The notes below the pieces were generated by a model that made no database searches, had not been told where the DNA came from, and saw only the letters and a list, made by a program, of their open reading frames with translations. DNA of 64,000 nt, taken from contig LBRD01000006.1 in NCBI GenBank assembly GCA_000991245.1, forward strand, positions 39,340 through 103,339, written 5' to 3'. This stretch comes from Parcubacteria group bacterium GW2011_GWC1_36_108 (GTDB lineage: Bacteria > Patescibacteriota > Minisyncoccia > Moranbacterales > GWC2-37-73). The position numbers and the translations under genes are program-made. This document shows, piece after piece, positions 1 to 9,730 of this stretch (within the stretch, counting starts at the first letter, position 1; each line of letters starts with the position of its first letter).

Positions 1-410
1 ACAAGTGAGCCTACTTCAACGCTTAATTCAGGCTGTTTTGAGAGTTTCTTAATAAATGATCTATTATTGCCTGTAAAGTCGAAATTATCCATCTCACAGG
101 CCCTAATCCACCTTATTTCATCATGCTCCCTTAATTCAAATTCCCCATTGAAACAATCAACCGAATAAGCAATTATCTTCAAAATTCCTGTTCTATAATG
201 ATGAATATTCTCATCAAAAAATTCGCCAACAACAACATCAATGTCAAGCTCCTCCTTAAGTTCCCTTTTTAGACATTCCTGGGGGGATTCATTATGTTCC
301 ATTTTTCCACCCGGAAATTCCCATTTGCCACCAACAACACCGCCAGCTTTTCTCTTGGCAATCAAAAATTTTTCATCCTTTTTAATTATGGCCACTGTAA
401 CGAGTTGCAT
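1..410 (-). CDS. Nudix (MutT-like) hydrolase, partial. The C-terminus lies beyond the window start. Not in the ORF track because there is no in-window stop.
   Basis: Minus-strand translation from the ATG at 410-408 reads MQLVTVAIIKKDEKFLIAKRKAGGVVGGKWEFPGGKMEHNESPQECLKRELKEELDI, which contains a Nudix box (G-x5-E-x7-REUxEE). Confidence 0.6.
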   Translation of the reverse strand, partial: MQLVTVAIIKKDEKFLIAKRKAGGVVGGKWEFPGGKMEHNESPQECLKRELKEELDIDVVVGEFFDENIHHYRTGILKIIAYSVDCFNGEFELREHDEIRWIRACEMDNFDFTGNNRSFIKKLSKQPELSVEVGSL

Positions 411-482
411 AATATTATATCAATTATGATACACTATAAAATATTATACAGTCTCTAGGCAATAATATTGCATCATTTCAAG

Positions 483-2294
483 CTAGTCTACATCCCCCAT
501 TTGTTGCAGATCAAGAAGTTTTTTATAAAGGCCATCGTTGGTCTTGGAAAGTTCGGCGTGAGAACCAGTCTCAACAACCATTCCTTTTTCCAACACCACA
601 ATCTTGTCAGCTTTTTTGATCGTGCTTAATCTGTGCGCAATAATAATAACTGTTCTGTTTTTGGTAATCTTATCCATTGCATTTTGAATAAGATATTCAC
701 TTTGCGAATCAAGATTACTGGTTGCCTCATCAAAAATGAGCACTTTCGGATTTGCCAAAATGGCTCGCGCAATTCCAATGCGTTGCCTTTGCCCGCCTGA
801 TAATTTTATTCCTCGCTCGCCAACAATCGTGTCGTAACCATCATTCAATTGCTTGATGAATTCTTCTGCATTAGCAATTTTAGCCGCGGCTTGAATTTCA
901 AGTTTACTAGCACTGGGTTTTGCATAAGCAATATTTTCGCTCACACTAGCATTGAATATCTCAACATCTTGCGGAACAATCGCAAAAAATTTACGAAATC
1001 CATACAAATCATATTCTCGTAAATCTTTTCCATCCAAAAGAACTTGTCCGCCAGTTGGATCATAATGACGATATATCATCCTAGCCAAAGTTGTTTTTCC
1101 ACCGCCCGATGGTCCAATCAAAGCTGTCGTGGCTCCTTCAGGAATAATTAAATTAATATTTTTCAGTGCCCTAAGTTTGCTATCCGCATAAGCAAAGCTC
1201 ATATCTTTAAATTCCAAAACTCCTTTAAGATTCTTCGGGGAGAGTCCTGAGCTTGGATTTTCAATATCAATTTCTTCTTTTAAGAGTTGATGGATCCTTT
1301 CCACTGCTTCAGAACTTTCCATAATCTTGTCATATAGTCTAGATATACGATACAAAGATATTAAAGCCTTTTCTGAAATTGTGAATACAAAAACCAGCGT
1401 TCCTAGTGTGATGCTTCCCTTCCAAACAAAATAAGCGCCGAAAAGCATAATAAATAATCGTCCCAAATCAATCACCAAATTTCTCTTGAGATTTTGATTC
1501 ATAATGCCTCCATATTCAAGCAGGAGGGCACCTTTTATTTCTTCGCGCAATTTTCCGAAGCGAACACATTCCCTTTTTTCCTGCGTGAATGACTTCACGG
1601 TATTAATATTCACAATTGATTGAGTCATCATTCCTGCAGCTTTTTCATATGAATCATATCGCTTTTTCCTATATGGAAAAACCTTGCGATTTACGCGTAT
1701 AGTTAAATACAAAAAAATCGGAACAAAGAAAATGACAACCATACCAAATCTCCAATCAACCCAGAACAAGACTACGGTTGTAAAGATAATTTGCAAAATT
1801 GTCGGTGCAACGTCCCATGAGAGATTACCAATCAGGTCGCCAATTTTATCAATACCTCGCTGGACCTTGCTAGCCTTACTGCCAGAATTTTCTTTTTCGT
1901 GATATTTAAGTCCCAAATAAATAAGTTTTTCATGCGCCTGTTGAAAAAGATGGGATTCCGTATTGGCAAATATTTGAAAAATTCTCTTATCATTAAAATA
2001 TTGCAAGACAGAAACTGTTTCATTAACCAAAAACATCAAAGCAATCAGAATGATAATATAACCAACCTTATCCAAAGAAAAATTAGTGATTGAATCTATA
2101 ATCAATTTGAGCACGTAAGGACCACCAAGACGCATAATTTCCACCAATAACATCCAAGACAAAACTTTTTTAATCATTTTGTGCGTTGGAAATAGCAATT
2201 CCCAAAGACGCACCCAAAAACCACGGATATCAAAGCCGCGCTCAGGATTTTCAAATTGTTGCTTTTTTTCTGTCATATTATTATATTGTATCAC
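483..2294 (-). CDS. ABC transporter, fused permease and ATPase (MsbA-like exporter)
   Basis: 603 aa. N-terminal transmembrane domain, Walker A GPSGGGKTT, ABC signature LSGGQRQRIGIARA, Walker B LIFDEATSNLD. True start may be the internal Met (MTEKKQQ). Confidence 0.85.
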   Translation of the reverse strand: MIQYNNMTEKKQQFENPERGFDIRGFWVRLWELLFPTHKMIKKVLSWMLLVEIMRLGGPYVLKLIIDSITNFSLDKVGYIIILIALMFLVNETVSVLQYFNDKRIFQIFANTESHLFQQAHEKLIYLGLKYHEKENSGSKASKVQRGIDKIGDLIGNLSWDVAPTILQIIFTTVVLFWVDWRFGMVVIFFVPIFLYLTIRVNRKVFPYRKKRYDSYEKAAGMMTQSIVNINTVKSFTQEKRECVRFGKLREEIKGALLLEYGGIMNQNLKRNLVIDLGRLFIMLFGAYFVWKGSITLGTLVFVFTISEKALISLYRISRLYDKIMESSEAVERIHQLLKEEIDIENPSSGLSPKNLKGVLEFKDMSFAYADSKLRALKNINLIIPEGATTALIGPSGGGKTTLARMIYRHYDPTGGQVLLDGKDLREYDLYGFRKFFAIVPQDVEIFNASVSENIAYAKPSASKLEIQAAAKIANAEEFIKQLNDGYDTIVGERGIKLSGGQRQRIGIARAILANPKVLIFDEATSNLDSQSEYLIQNAMDKITKNRTVIIIAHRLSTIKKADKIVVLEKGMVVETGSHAELSKTNDGLYKKLLDLQQMGDVD

Positions 2295-2580
2295 GATTGC
2301 TTTTGCACATCAAAAAACATTCCCACAAGAGAATGCTTCCACAACCATAGAGCAAAATTAGGGTCATACTCAATTTATGGTTCAAAAAAAATAAAGATTT
2401 ATTTTTTGTTTTGCCTGTTTTCTTTCGAGGCAACAGAGAGCGACAGCGAACTCTTAGCGAGCAATCATAGTTCTTCGATTGCGAAGCGTGCCTAGAAAGG
2501 AAGCAGGCAAAACAAAATTGCACCAATCTTTTGAAGCTTAGAACTATAGATTACGCACAATTCCAAAATTACAGCTTTTG

Positions 2581-2775
2581 TTACTTTTTATGAGCAGCCA
2601 GTGCCTTTATTTTTTCTAGTTCCTCCTTTGGCACATTTTCTTCGATTCGCCTGACAATCTGATGAGCCCTGGTGGCAGAAATTTTGCATTCCTTTGCAAT
2701 ATCACGAAAAAACTTACCTTCAGCGTGAAGTTTATATATCTTTTTCCTTTCCTTTGTAAAATTATATGCTCCCAT
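2581..2775 (-). CDS. Small helix-turn-helix protein (sigma-70 region-4-like) at the 3' end of the R-M cassette. Possible controller or regulator.
   Basis: 64 aa. FFRDIAKECKISATRAHQIVRR resembles a sigma region 4 / LuxR-type HTH. Directly follows the Dam-like MTase gene. Confidence 0.4.
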   Translation of the reverse strand: MGAYNFTKERKKIYKLHAEGKFFRDIAKECKISATRAHQIVRRIEENVPKEELEKIKALAAHKK

Positions 2776-2795
2776 AATGTTTATATGTAACGAAT

Positions 2796-3866
2796 TTACT
2801 CACAGCAAACGTAATGTAAATATTCCACAGTTTTATTTGCGGAGTAATCCCTGTTTTTATCCTTGTCAGCTTTAAATCTGTTATATTCTTTTTTGAAACA
2901 TCCGTATTTTCCACGCAATCCCATTATGTCTCTCACTTCTTGAGGAGTCATTAGTCCTTCATTGTTATAGCTTAAAAATATATACTTCGCCTTAATATTC
3001 AAAATTAAATCCTTAAATGATTTCTTAACTTCATTTTTAGAACAATACAATGATTTTTGCTTGGAATATTCTCTTAAGCCAGTTTTTCCCTTCAACTCTG
3101 GATTATCATATTTTGCGATAGTTTCCAATACGTGATAATTAGAAGCATATTGTCTTTGATTGTATGGTGGATCCAAATAAACAATATCCCCTTTAATCTT
3201 TTTAGTTAACGTATTTATATCTTCATTATAAACCTGATGTTCATGATCATTAATAAAAAACGGGGCGGGCTTTAATAGCATTGTTTTCTGCGCTGTTTTT
3301 TTCAATTTCTTTAAAAAAGCACCATATACTGAGGCAGTATTTGCACATTTATCAATAGATTCGATCAAACTTGTAAGTAAAAAGAAATATTCGTTTTCAT
3401 TTATTATTTTTTTATTTCTCCACCGCTCAAGCTGTTGCCTAATGACATCACATTTCATTCCATTCTCATCAGAAAAATATAATCTCTGGATTTTCTTATT
3501 TTTAGTTCCACCCTGACAATAGTTTTTATAAACGAAACCCTTGTTTCCTTTCAGATTAGAAAGATATTCACAAACAAATTCTTTTTTATTTTTTACATCA
3601 ACACTCCTTAATTCTGGCAACACACTCTCCAATTTTTTAAACCTAAATTCCTTATGATTACCGATATAATGCCTATTTAAAACATAGCTATAATACTGAA
3701 TATCATTTGCAATAACTTTATATCCCTTTTTCTTAAAATGCGCCCCAACAGCTCCTGTACCAGCAAATAAATCACAAAAAACATGGTTATCATCATTCTT
3801 AACCACCTTACTAATTGAATCTTCCAAAAATTCCAACAGGGATAATTTACTTCCTATGTAATTCAT
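2796..3866 (-). CDS. Dam-like (D12 / alpha class) N6-adenine DNA methyltransferase
   Basis: N-terminal YIGSK...DLFAGTGAVG (motif I) and a later DPPY (motif IV). This order is typical of the Dam/DpnM family. Confidence 0.8.
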   Translation of the reverse strand: MNYIGSKLSLLEFLEDSISKVVKNDDNHVFCDLFAGTGAVGAHFKKKGYKVIANDIQYYSYVLNRHYIGNHKEFRFKKLESVLPELRSVDVKNKKEFVCEYLSNLKGNKGFVYKNYCQGGTKNKKIQRLYFSDENGMKCDVIRQQLERWRNKKIINENEYFFLLTSLIESIDKCANTASVYGAFLKKLKKTAQKTMLLKPAPFFINDHEHQVYNEDINTLTKKIKGDIVYLDPPYNQRQYASNYHVLETIAKYDNPELKGKTGLREYSKQKSLYCSKNEVKKSFKDLILNIKAKYIFLSYNNEGLMTPQEVRDIMGLRGKYGCFKKEYNRFKADKDKNRDYSANKTVEYLHYVCCE

Positions 3867-3869
3867 AAT

Positions 3870-4739
3870 TTATTTTACAATAAACAAAACCTTGGAATGA
3901 GCTTGGTATTGTTTTTTCTGTTTTTTACCATAACTAAAATTTACCGCGTCTAATTCCACCTTTTGTTCAAAAAATTCACCCACATTTTTTTTGATTAATT
4001 CATAATCGCGCTTAATTTTCCAGCTTTCTGACGGATTGCTCTTGTCGTAAATTAAAATAAACAAACGATTATCATCTCCAAATCTAGCTTCTCCCTGATA
4101 TTCATACAAATATTTTGCAACAAGAATGGGATTTTTTATGGCTTCATCAATTGTTCGCTTGTCCTTAAACCACTCCTTGGGTAGATTTGTAACCTTTATA
4201 TCAACTGGCTGTTCATTCCAGATTACATCGACACCTTTTACTTTTTTTATTATTGGAACAACGTTTTTATTTTCACAAATTAAATCCTCCAAAAACACGG
4301 TACTCCAATGATTATACCAAGTACACAGAGTATAGGATTTGATTGTATCATAAAGCCTGCTGCTGACCGCATTAACAATATCATTATATAAAAAATATTT
4401 TCTCACATAATTTGCTTGAATGTGAGAATCAACAGCACCCTGAATCATTCCCCAGATATGAGAATCAACCTTATCCAACTCTTCAATAATTTTTTGGTGA
4501 GTTGCACCTGTTAAACCAATTTCACCCTCCCTCATCTCTTTATAAAGATCTCTAATATAATCATTTATTTGAGTTGTTGTAACTTTTTTATTATCAAATG
4601 CCTCAAGAATATTGGCTATCGTTTGTGTTACATCCCTTGAAGATTCAATGATAAATTTATTGCAAAATTTAAATAAATCGGCCTTTTTTAAGGATTTTAA
4701 TTTTATAAAATTTACATCACGAGAACTTGAAATAGCCAT
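3870..4739 (-). CDS. Candidate type II restriction endonuclease (289 aa) sandwiched between two MTase genes
   Basis: Position between the two methyltransferases with 4-19 nt spacing. Possible PD-(D/E)xK-like GVDVIWNEQPVDIKV. No recognisable family from sequence alone. Confidence 0.4.
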   Translation of the reverse strand: MAISSSRDVNFIKLKSLKKADLFKFCNKFIIESSRDVTQTIANILEAFDNKKVTTTQINDYIRDLYKEMREGEIGLTGATHQKIIEELDKVDSHIWGMIQGAVDSHIQANYVRKYFLYNDIVNAVSSRLYDTIKSYTLCTWYNHWSTVFLEDLICENKNVVPIIKKVKGVDVIWNEQPVDIKVTNLPKEWFKDKRTIDEAIKNPILVAKYLYEYQGEARFGDDNRLFILIYDKSNPSESWKIKRDYELIKKNVGEFFEQKVELDAVNFSYGKKQKKQYQAHSKVLFIVK

Positions 4740-4757
4740 GCCATTTTCTATTAAAAT

Positions 4758-5543
4758 TTAGATATTTTTGAAAATAAAAATATATTCATGTTTAAAGATA
4801 TAATAATCGCTGGAAAGTGCTCGGTATCTCCAAATAGATTCCTTGTTTTGCTTTGCGCGATTACCTCCCATATTTTTAACTATAACACTTTTTAGTGTTA
4901 ATCCTAATTTTTGTGCTTCGGCCATACAATAAAATCCTAGTGGAATCCATTGCCCTTGTGTATATTTATCGCCTATTATAATAGCCAAATAACCATCCTT
5001 TGCCAAAACTGAAATGGTGTTTTCCAAAACTCCTGAAAATTTTTCTAAAAACGCTTTCAATGAAGTCGCGTTCGATAAATCCTCTCTGTGATCGCTAAAT
5101 TTTATAATATCAGCATATGGTGGATGCAAAATAGCCAACTGAACATTATTTTTATTATTTTCTTCTAAAATATTTTGAACTTTTAAAAAAGTTTTTTTAT
5201 CTCCACTATCTCCCGTCAATAATTTAAGAAAGTTTCTTTTGCTATCTAATTTCTCCTCAACATGCTTAATGATATCCTCCTTAATATCTATGCCTATAAA
5301 ATTCCTGCCAAGACTTTCAGCTTCATATGCAGCAGTTCCACTCCCTACGAATGGATCCATCACAACATCATTTTTTTTACTATACCTTAAAATCAATTGG
5401 TGTGGAATCTGTGGGACAAAATTTCCATGATAAAAGCCATCGTGCTTACCACTTTTATCTCTTTCAGGAATAACCCAGAGACTATCCGTCCACACCTCAG
5501 AATCTTTCCAATTTTCCAAATCTATATCATTAAATTTTGGCAT
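4758..5543 (-). CDS. Second DNA methyltransferase (amino-MTase, N6A or N4C), motif I before motif IV
   Basis: DPFVGSGTAAYEAESLGRNFIGID (AdoMet motif) followed by HPPY about 75 residues later. 261 aa. Confidence 0.7.
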   Translation of the reverse strand: MPKFNDIDLENWKDSEVWTDSLWVIPERDKSGKHDGFYHGNFVPQIPHQLILRYSKKNDVVMDPFVGSGTAAYEAESLGRNFIGIDIKEDIIKHVEEKLDSKRNFLKLLTGDSGDKKTFLKVQNILEENNKNNVQLAILHPPYADIIKFSDHREDLSNATSLKAFLEKFSGVLENTISVLAKDGYLAIIIGDKYTQGQWIPLGFYCMAEAQKLGLTLKSVIVKNMGGNRAKQNKESIWRYRALSSDYYIFKHEYIFIFKNI

Positions 5544-5712
5544 ACTATCTTGTTTTTATTTTATTATAGTGATATTTTAACACTATAAATATTCCCGCGC
5601 AACTGTGGACAACTTTTTCAAAAATAAAGCACTACCACGTGCAACACACAACGCACTAATATCCTCATTATCCCACATCCCAAGCCCAAAATCAACCAAA
5701 TTTTTGGATATT

Positions 5713-5738
5713 AAAAACCCCGCCGGGGCGGGGTTTTT
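5713..5738. terminator. Bidirectional rho-independent terminator between hup and the R-M cassette
   Basis: AAAAACCCCGCCGGGGCGGGGTTTTT: a GC hairpin flanked by an A-run and a T-run. Confidence 0.7.
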
Positions 5739-5764
5739 GGTGTGTGTATTGAAAACCGTTTTTA

Positions 5765-6061
5765 TTACAATACTGCTTCTTTTGCAGCTTTTGCAAGACG
5801 GAATTTAACAACAGTTTTTGCAGCAATTTTGATTTTTGCTCCAGTTGCTGGGTTTACACCCATTCGTGCCTTTCGTTTTGCTTTAACCATTTTACCAAAT
5901 CCAGGAAGAACGAATTCTCCAGTTTTTTTAACTTCTTTGTAAGCGATTGCAACTAGTTCATCGAAGAATCCAGTTACTTCTTTTTTAGCCAAGCCTGTTT
6001 TTTCAGACAAGACTGTCACTAGTTGTGACTTTGTCATTTTTGCCATAGCGTGTGTTTTCAT
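5765..6061 (-). CDS. hup: DNA-binding protein HU
   Basis: MTKSQLVTVLSEKTGLAKKEVTGFFDEL...PGFGKMVKAKRKARMGVNPATGAKIKIAAKTVVKF. Confidence 0.9.
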   Translation of the reverse strand: MKTHAMAKMTKSQLVTVLSEKTGLAKKEVTGFFDELVAIAYKEVKKTGEFVLPGFGKMVKAKRKARMGVNPATGAKIKIAAKTVVKFRLAKAAKEAVL

Positions 6062-6143
6062 TTTTAGTCCGTTTTTATGCGGGCAAAAAACAAATTATTT
6101 ATTATTTATTTATTACTTTGCATGTTGGCTCATGCATATCACA

Positions 6144-6153
6144 ATTATACACC
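6144..6153 (-). promoter_or_regulatory. Candidate extended -10 (TGTGTATAAT) for hup
   Basis: Minus strand reads GGTGTATAAT about 80 nt upstream of the hup ATG. No good -35. Confidence 0.35.
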
Positions 6154-6225
6154 ATTATTAAAAGCTTTGCTAGTGCTATTTAAAATATTGTCAATAGTAA
6201 TGGGGTGCATATCCCCTCTCGCAAA

Positions 6226-7212
6226 CTATTTGACTGCTGGCTGCGGAATATCTGTCTTTTTCAAAGCAACGCGCTTGAAACAAAAGTTGCCCCCGTCATG
6301 CTTCCAGCTTTTCATATACGGATCATTTTGAGATTGAATGTCATTCAAACTTGAACGCATAAAATCTGCACATAAGGAGTATCCATCAGTGTTTTCCACT
6401 TTATATTCAATAGCTTTAACATTCTGAATTTCTATCGAAAATTTTGTTGAACCCAAATCATCCAATTTTTGTGGCAACTTTCCAGTCTCGCTGAAATAGC
6501 TTTGAATAGAATTATCAACAGATTGCAAATCATTAACAACTTGCTGATCAATATTTTTCTGCCTAGAAACTGCTGGAGAATCAATAATGAAAAATCCAGA
6601 AATAAAGGTCACGATTACCACCGCAATAGCAACATAGGCTGAAATCTTATTCATTGGAGAAGAAATTTCTGTTCTACGCATATCCCAGAAATAGTAACCG
6701 AAAATTCCACCGGCAATCAACAAAATTGCAAAAACTTTAAGCAAGAAACTTGCGGCATAATCTCCACTCAAAAAGTTCACAACGAGAGTGATGAGATCGC
6801 CGATGATGGTTGCCGATGCAAAAAATAACACCAAATATGTGAGCCATTTTCTGACTTTTGATTCAAGCGATATTTTCTGCTCATTGATTCTTTTGGTAAT
6901 AATTCGCGAAATCGCAAAGAAAATCGGTCCAGCGATTATAAGAGCCGCGATCCCAAATTTTACCATTCCCTGATTAAAAGCAGGAAACATCCTAGACTCA
7001 GCATCGGTAACAAATTTATCAATAAAACCAAACAAAATAGAGCCCTCGCCAAAAGCCACAAAGGCTAGAGAAAAGAAAACTACGAGATACAAAAAGAAAT
7101 CCTGCGCACTACCTTCTTGATCCTGCCTGCCAAAACCAGTTTCTTGATTATTCATAAGTGTAAAAAAAATAATTAAAAAAATTATTAAAAACAGTATCAT
7201 TAATACAACCAT
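6226..7212 (-). CDS. Hypothetical multi-pass membrane protein with a C-terminal soluble domain
   Basis: Several hydrophobic helices. No catalytic motif recognised. Confidence 0.5.
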   Translation of the reverse strand: MVVLMILFLIIFLIIFFTLMNNQETGFGRQDQEGSAQDFFLYLVVFFSLAFVAFGEGSILFGFIDKFVTDAESRMFPAFNQGMVKFGIAALIIAGPIFFAISRIITKRINEQKISLESKVRKWLTYLVLFFASATIIGDLITLVVNFLSGDYAASFLLKVFAILLIAGGIFGYYFWDMRRTEISSPMNKISAYVAIAVVIVTFISGFFIIDSPAVSRQKNIDQQVVNDLQSVDNSIQSYFSETGKLPQKLDDLGSTKFSIEIQNVKAIEYKVENTDGYSLCADFMRSSLNDIQSQNDPYMKSWKHDGGNFCFKRVALKKTDIPQPAVK

Positions 7213-7385
7213 ATTATAACATTATTACGAATTTAAGACTTACGCATTTTCTCAACTATTTCTTTTTTGGCACGCTTTTGGATAAATACTCAATATCCAA
7301 AAGCTCAAGAGTCGCTGTCGCCAACAATTGGCCAAAAAAGAAATGTTTCGAAATGCGTAACTTCTTGAGTTAATAAAAAATCAAC

Positions 7386-7415
7386 CAAAAAAACAGAGTC
7401 TGAACTCTGTTTTTA
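7386..7415. terminator. Bidirectional terminator downstream of smc
   Basis: AAAAAAACAGAGTCTGAACTCTGTTTTT. Confidence 0.6.
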
Positions 7416-7420
7416 AAATT

Positions 7421-9730
7421 TCATTTCGCGATAATCTTACCACCTTGTCCTACTTGGTCCAATTTTACTGAAAGAAGTTTTGAAATTCCATCATCGCCCA
7501 TAGTCACACCATATAGAAGTGAGGCTTGGCGCATAGTTTCGCGATTATGAGTGATAGCAATAAATTGCGTAGTTCCAGAAAGCTCTTGAAGAATCTTGCT
7601 AAAGCGAGCTGAATTTGCTTCATCAAGCGCTGCTTCAACTTCATCAAGAATTGCGAATGGTGGTGGATTATGAGCAATAATTGCAAACAAAAGAGCTAGC
7701 GATGTCAGTGAACGTTCGCCACCTGAAAGCATAGACAAATTAGCAATCTTCTTCCCCGGAGGACACGCGAAAATATCAACACCAACTTCATCCCTTTGAT
7801 CATCTTGATCTTCTTGGTTTTCATTTTCAGCATCTTGTTCAGAAATATTTTCTTCCTCTAAAACTTTCGACTTTCTACTTTTAACTTTCAACTTAATGAG
7901 GTGTGCATTTCCACCACCAAAAATAATACGGAAATATTTAGTAAATTCTTTGTTTATTTGTTCAAAAGCTTCTTCAAATTCAATCTTAATACGCTGATCC
8001 ATTTCTTTAATAATTGCCTCCAGTGAAATAAGCGCGTCTGCCAAATCCTTAAGTTCTTGTGTTAGAAAATCAAAGCGCGCCGTGGTTTCATTGTATTCAT
8101 CAACAATCATCGGATCAATACCACCAATTTGTTCCATTTGCAATTTAAGTTTTGAAATTTCTCGCTCAAGCATTTCCTTGTCGATTACTTCTCCATCAAA
8201 CTTAAGTGCACTAACTTCGCATTTAAGCTCATCCTTAATTTCATTAGTCAAATCTTCCTCTCGCACCTCCACTCGAGCCAATTTAATTTTTGCATCATTA
8301 AACTGATCTTTAAGGACATTCAATTGTTCTTGCTTAACGCGAGATTCACGTTCCAATTGAAAAAATCTTTCACGAAGCTGTCTAACCCTTTGCACTTCTT
8401 GTCCAATTTCTTTTTCAATTTTTTCAAATTGAGCTTTTAATTCAATTTCATTAGCCTTAAAACCTTTCTTTTTTTCTTCAAGCTCTTCAATATTTTTGTT
8501 GATCTCTCCAACTTCTTTTGAATTGTCTTTCTTAATGGAAACTTCTCCTTTGCCAGATTCTTCATACAAATCAAAAAGTTGTTGTTGAATTGCGCGAGCA
8601 GATTCCTTGATGTCCTGCAAATCATCCATATTTTCAGCTTCTTCAACTCGAAGAATCAAACGCTCTTGCGCCATTCTGATGTTAGAAAGTTTTGTCTGAA
8701 CATATTTCAAATCAACCGGAATAATTTCGATAACCTTCTGATTGGCCAATTTTTCTCTTTCCACCACCACGCGCCCTTCTGAAATAATCAGCTCGCGTTC
8801 AACATTATTAAGCTCATGTCTAATTTGTGTTTTTTTTCTATCCAATTCCTGCTCAGCTCCAGAGTCCTGCGCTTTACCAGATTCACGATTAAGCTCGTCA
8901 GTCATTTTATCCACCTCGCGCTGCATATTCATCATCGTTGCGCCAAGAGCTTCTTTTTCGCTTGAAAATTGCTGACGCTGCGTCTGAAATTCATGCCACA
9001 AAAATGAAAACAATTTTGTTTGTTTTTCCTTAAGCTCATCAGCTACCACTCTGCCCTGCTGTGCTTTTTCAGCTTGACGCTTCAACATTCGAAGATGCGG
9101 TTCAATCTCACGAATAAGCCCAGCGGTGCGTTCCATATTCTCTCGCGTTGAATCAAGCTTCTTGAGCGCTCTGTCTTTCTTGATTTGATATTGTTTCACT
9201 CCAGCAGCATCTTCAAGCACACTGCGACGATCAGTCGGCGACGCATTTAAAAGAGCATCGGACATTCCTTGATTAATCACGCAATAGCTTTCCTTGCCAA
9301 CTCCAGCCTTAGCCAATAAGTCGCTAACATCCAGTAATCTTGAACGATTTCCATTAATCAAATATTCTGATTCGCCAGAGCGATACAATTTTCTAGTAAT
9401 AATAACCTCCGTAAACTCCAATGGTATTCTTTTATCTGAATTGTCAAAATGCAGCGACACTTGCGCGCTTGAAAGTCTAGCCTTTGTCCCAGAGCCAGCA
9501 AAAATAATATCCTCAGCTTTTTTCCCGCGCAGTGTTTTCATGGACTGTTCTCCCATCGCCCATTTGATCGCATCAGATGCATTTGATTTTCCAGATCCAT
9601 TGGGTCCAACAATTGCGGTGATTCCCTTGGCATCACTTCCAGCATTAAAATTCCCCGCTGGCAAAAATTCCAGCGTGGTCTTATTAGCAAACGATTTAAA
9701 TCCTAATATTTCAACTTTCTTTAAGTACAT
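7421..9730 (-). CDS. smc: SMC-family chromosome segregation ATPase (short form, 769 aa)
   Basis: N-terminal Walker A GPNGSGKSN, central coiled coil, C-terminal LSGGERSLTSLALLFAI and Walker B FAILDEVEAALD. Confidence 0.85.
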   Translation of the reverse strand: MYLKKVEILGFKSFANKTTLEFLPAGNFNAGSDAKGITAIVGPNGSGKSNASDAIKWAMGEQSMKTLRGKKAEDIIFAGSGTKARLSSAQVSLHFDNSDKRIPLEFTEVIITRKLYRSGESEYLINGNRSRLLDVSDLLAKAGVGKESYCVINQGMSDALLNASPTDRRSVLEDAAGVKQYQIKKDRALKKLDSTRENMERTAGLIREIEPHLRMLKRQAEKAQQGRVVADELKEKQTKLFSFLWHEFQTQRQQFSSEKEALGATMMNMQREVDKMTDELNRESGKAQDSGAEQELDRKKTQIRHELNNVERELIISEGRVVVEREKLANQKVIEIIPVDLKYVQTKLSNIRMAQERLILRVEEAENMDDLQDIKESARAIQQQLFDLYEESGKGEVSIKKDNSKEVGEINKNIEELEEKKKGFKANEIELKAQFEKIEKEIGQEVQRVRQLRERFFQLERESRVKQEQLNVLKDQFNDAKIKLARVEVREEDLTNEIKDELKCEVSALKFDGEVIDKEMLEREISKLKLQMEQIGGIDPMIVDEYNETTARFDFLTQELKDLADALISLEAIIKEMDQRIKIEFEEAFEQINKEFTKYFRIIFGGGNAHLIKLKVKSRKSKVLEEENISEQDAENENQEDQDDQRDEVGVDIFACPPGKKIANLSMLSGGERSLTSLALLFAIIAHNPPPFAILDEVEAALDEANSARFSKILQELSGTTQFIAITHNRETMRQASLLYGVTMGDDGISKLLSVKLDQVGQGGKIIAK

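Noticed and set aside
241-429. 62-aa plus-strand ORF at the window start
   Set aside because: Antisense to the Nudix hydrolase gene, which has a clear Nudix box.
5605-5942. Plus-strand small ORFs over the terminator/hup region
   Set aside because: They overlap a strong terminator hairpin and the antisense of hup, so they are spurious.
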